From NCBI RefSeq assembly GCF_009834535.1, contig NC_045696.1:118608001-118672000 (forward strand): a DNA stretch of 64,000 nt, given 5' to 3'. Made by a program: the position numbers and the translations under genes. Below the pieces are notes generated by a model, which ran no database searches, was not told the origin of the DNA, and saw nothing but the letters and a program-made list of their open reading frames with translations. Positions 61,158-64,000 of this stretch are shown here, in pieces (position 1 is the stretch's first letter; each line of letters starts with the position of its first letter). This stretch comes from Camelus ferus (Eukaryota).

Positions 61158-64000
61158 ATTTTTTTTCTGAAGTATAGTTGATATACAATGTTGTGTTAAT
61201 TTCTGCTGTACAATGTGGTGATTCAGTTACACCTACATATGTATTCTTTTTCGTTATTGGTTATTACAAGATATTGAATATAGTTCCCCGTGCTGTACAG
61301 TAGGACCTTGTTGTTTATCTATTTTATATATAGTAGTGTGTATCTGCTGATTCCAAATGCTAATTTATCCTTCCCCACCTCTATGCCCCTCCATAACCAT
61401 AAGTTTTGTTTCCTATGTCTGTGAGCCTCTTCATGGTTTATAAATAAGTTCATCTGTGTCCTTTTTTGGAAGATTCCATGTATAAGTGATATATGATATT
61501 TGTCTTTGTCTAACTTTCTTCACTTAGCATGATAGTATCTAGGTCCATCCATGCTGCTGCAAATGGCACTGTTTCATTCTCTTTTATTCCAGTATATGTG
61601 TGTGTGTGCATGTGTATGTATATATACACACACACCAACTTCTTTATCCAGTCATCTGTTGATGGACATTTAGGCTGCTTCCATGTCTTGGCTGTTGTAA
61701 ATAGTGCTGCTGTGAACATTGGGGTGCAGGTGTCTTTTCGAATTAGAGTTTCCTCCAGACATATGCCCAGGGGTGGGACTGCTGGATCATAGGGTAACTC
61801 TATTTTTTTTTTTTTTTTTAAGGAACTTCCATACTGTTTTCCACAGTGGCTGCTCCAAACTTCATTCCAACCAAAAGTGTAGGAGGGCTCCCTTTTCTCC
61901 ACACACTCTCCAGCATTTATCCTTTATGGACTTTTTAATGATGGCCATTCTGACCCATGTGAGGTGATACCTCATTGTGGTTTTGATTTGCATTTCTCTG
62001 ATAATTAGTGATCTTGAGCATCTTTTCCTGTGCCTCTTGGCCATCTGCATGCCTTCACTGGAGAAATGTTTGTTTAGGTCTTCTGCTCATTTTTATATTG
62101 GGTTGTTTGTTTTTTGTTGTTGACTTGTATGAGCTGTTTGTATATTCTGGAAGTTAAGCCCTTGTCAGTCGTATCATTTGCAAATATTTTCTCCCAGTCT
62201 CTAGGTTGTCTTTTCATTTTGTTTATGGTTTACTCTGCTTACAAAAGCTTATACATTTAATTAGGTCCCATCTGTTTATTTTGGTTTTTACTTCTATTGC
62301 CTTGGTACACTGACCTAGGAGACCATTGTTATGCCTTATATCAGAGAATGTTTTGCCTATGTTTTCTTCCAGGAGATTTATGGTGTCCTGACTTATGTTT
62401 AAGTCTTTGAGCCATTTTGAATTTATTTTTGTGTATGGTGTGAGGGAGTGTTCTGACTTCACTGGTTTCCATGCAGCTGCCCAGTTTTCCCAACATCATT
62501 TGCTGAAGAGACTGTCTTTACTCCATTGTATATTCTTGCCTCTTTTTATTGAAGAGTAATTGACCATAGGTGTGTAGGTTCATTTCTGGGCTCTATTCTG
62601 TTCCATTGATCGATATGTCTGTTTTTGTACCAGTACCATGCTGTTTTGATTTCTGTAGCTCTGTAGTATTGTCTGAAGTCTGGGAGGGTTATTCCTCCAG
62701 CCTTGTTCTTTTTCTTCAGTATTGCTTTGGCAATGTCTTTGTGATTCCATATAAATTTTAGGATTATTTGTTCTAGTTCTGTGAAAAATGTGCTGGGTAA
62801 TTAGATAGGGATTGCATTAAATCTGTAGAGTGCTTTGGGTAGTGTGGCCATTTTTAACAATATTAATTCTTCCAATCCAAGAGCATGGGATATCTTACCA
62901 TTTATTTAAGTCATTTTTAATTTCCTTAATTAATGTTTTGTAGTTCTCCACATATACGGCTTTCACTTCCTTGGTCAGATTTATTGCTAAGTATTTTTAT
63001 TGTTTTGGATGCAATTTTAAAAGGGATTGTTTCTTTACTTTCTTTTCTGATATTTCCTTGTTAGTGTAAAGAAATGCAACAGATTTCTGTATATTAATCT
63101 TGTATCCTGCTACCTTGCCAAATTCTTTTGTCAGCTCTAGGAGTTTTTGTGTGGAGTGTTCGGGGTTTTCTATTTATGTAATCTTCATATAGTGACAGTT
63201 TTACCTCTTCCCTTCCAATTTGGATCCCTTTTATTTATTTTTTCTCATCTGACTGCTGTAGATAAGAATTCCAATATGATAAATAGAAAAGGTAAGAGTG
63301 GGCATCCTTGTCTTGTTCCAGATTTTAGCAGAAGGCTTTCAACTTTTCACCATTGAATATTATGTTGACTATGGTTTGTCAGAAATAGCTTTTATTATGT
63401 TGAGATGTGTTCCCTCTATACCCATTTTGAGAAGAGTTTTTATCATGAGTGGATGTTAAATTTTATCAGATGCTTTTTCTGGACCTATTGAGATGATCAT
63501 GTGGTTTTTGTTCTTTCTTTTGTGGATGTGGCGTATCACATTGATTGATCTATGTATGTTGAGCCATCCTTGTGTCCCTGGGATAAGTCCACCTAAATTG
63601 TACTGTATGATCTTTTTTATATGTTGTTGGATTTGGTTTGCTAATATTTGTTCAGAACTTTTACATCTATATTTATCAAAGATACTGGCCTATAATTTTT
63701 TTCTTTTTTTTGGTAGTGTCTTTGTCTGGTTTTGGTATCAGAGTGATGGTGACCTCATAGAATGAGTTTGGGAGTGTTCCCTCCTCTTAAATCCTTTGAA
63801 AAACTTTGAGAAAAATATCTGTATAAGTTCCTTTTTGTATTTTTGGTAGAATTCCCCACTGAAGGGACCTGGTCCCAGACTTTTGTTCATAGGGTAGTTT
63901 TTTTTGTTTTTGCTTTCTGTTTTTACAGATTCCGTTTCACTTCTAATGATAGATCTGTTCAAATTATGTATTTCTTCTGGATATCAGTTTTTGTAGGCTA
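61158..64000 (-). mobile_element. LINE-1 (3' UTR + disrupted ORF2), runs off the window end
   Basis: 3' end ttctgaagtatagttgatatacaatgttgtg. ORF2 pieces [43 protein letters not shown]. Confidence 0.93.

Noticed and set aside
12300..64000. PLCL2 exons, expected downstream by human synteny
   Set aside because: No recognisable PLCL2 coding sequence; it probably lies beyond the window.
1..64000. CRISPR arrays, operons or prokaryotic defence systems
   Set aside because: The sequence is mammalian (spliceosomal introns, L1/MIR/L2) with no regularly spaced repeat-spacer arrays.

Overview
Mammalian genomic DNA, probably a camelid (alpaca/llama/camel). That call rests on short tRNA-derived SINEs resembling Vic-1, young cetartiodactyl-type L1s, and no Bov-A/BovB/PRE1/Alu that I could see. 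The first 12.3 kb hold the last three coding exons of TBC1D5 (+ strand; Rab7 GAP, retromer/ATG8 interactor, ending ...DSGFTIVSPLDL) and a ~3.45-kb 3' UTR. The other ~52 kb are intergenic and rich in transposable elements: many minus-strand L1s, a ~4.1-kb non-autonomous ERV1-class provirus nested in an older ERVL LTR, solo LTRs, MaLR, MIR, L2 and DNA-transposon relics. Nearly all ORF-track entries outside TBC1D5 and L1 ORF2 look like GC-rich noise. I found no convincing undescribed biological system. The most notable signals are two L1s with apparent short 3' transductions inside their TSDs, a twin-primed L1, an L1 nested in an L1, a solo LTR flanked by a ~52-bp direct repeat, a steep GC3 gradient and a likely in-frame deletion in TBC1D5, and a co-oriented CTCF-like motif cluster. 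Repeat family names and human comparisons are from memory, not from database searches.
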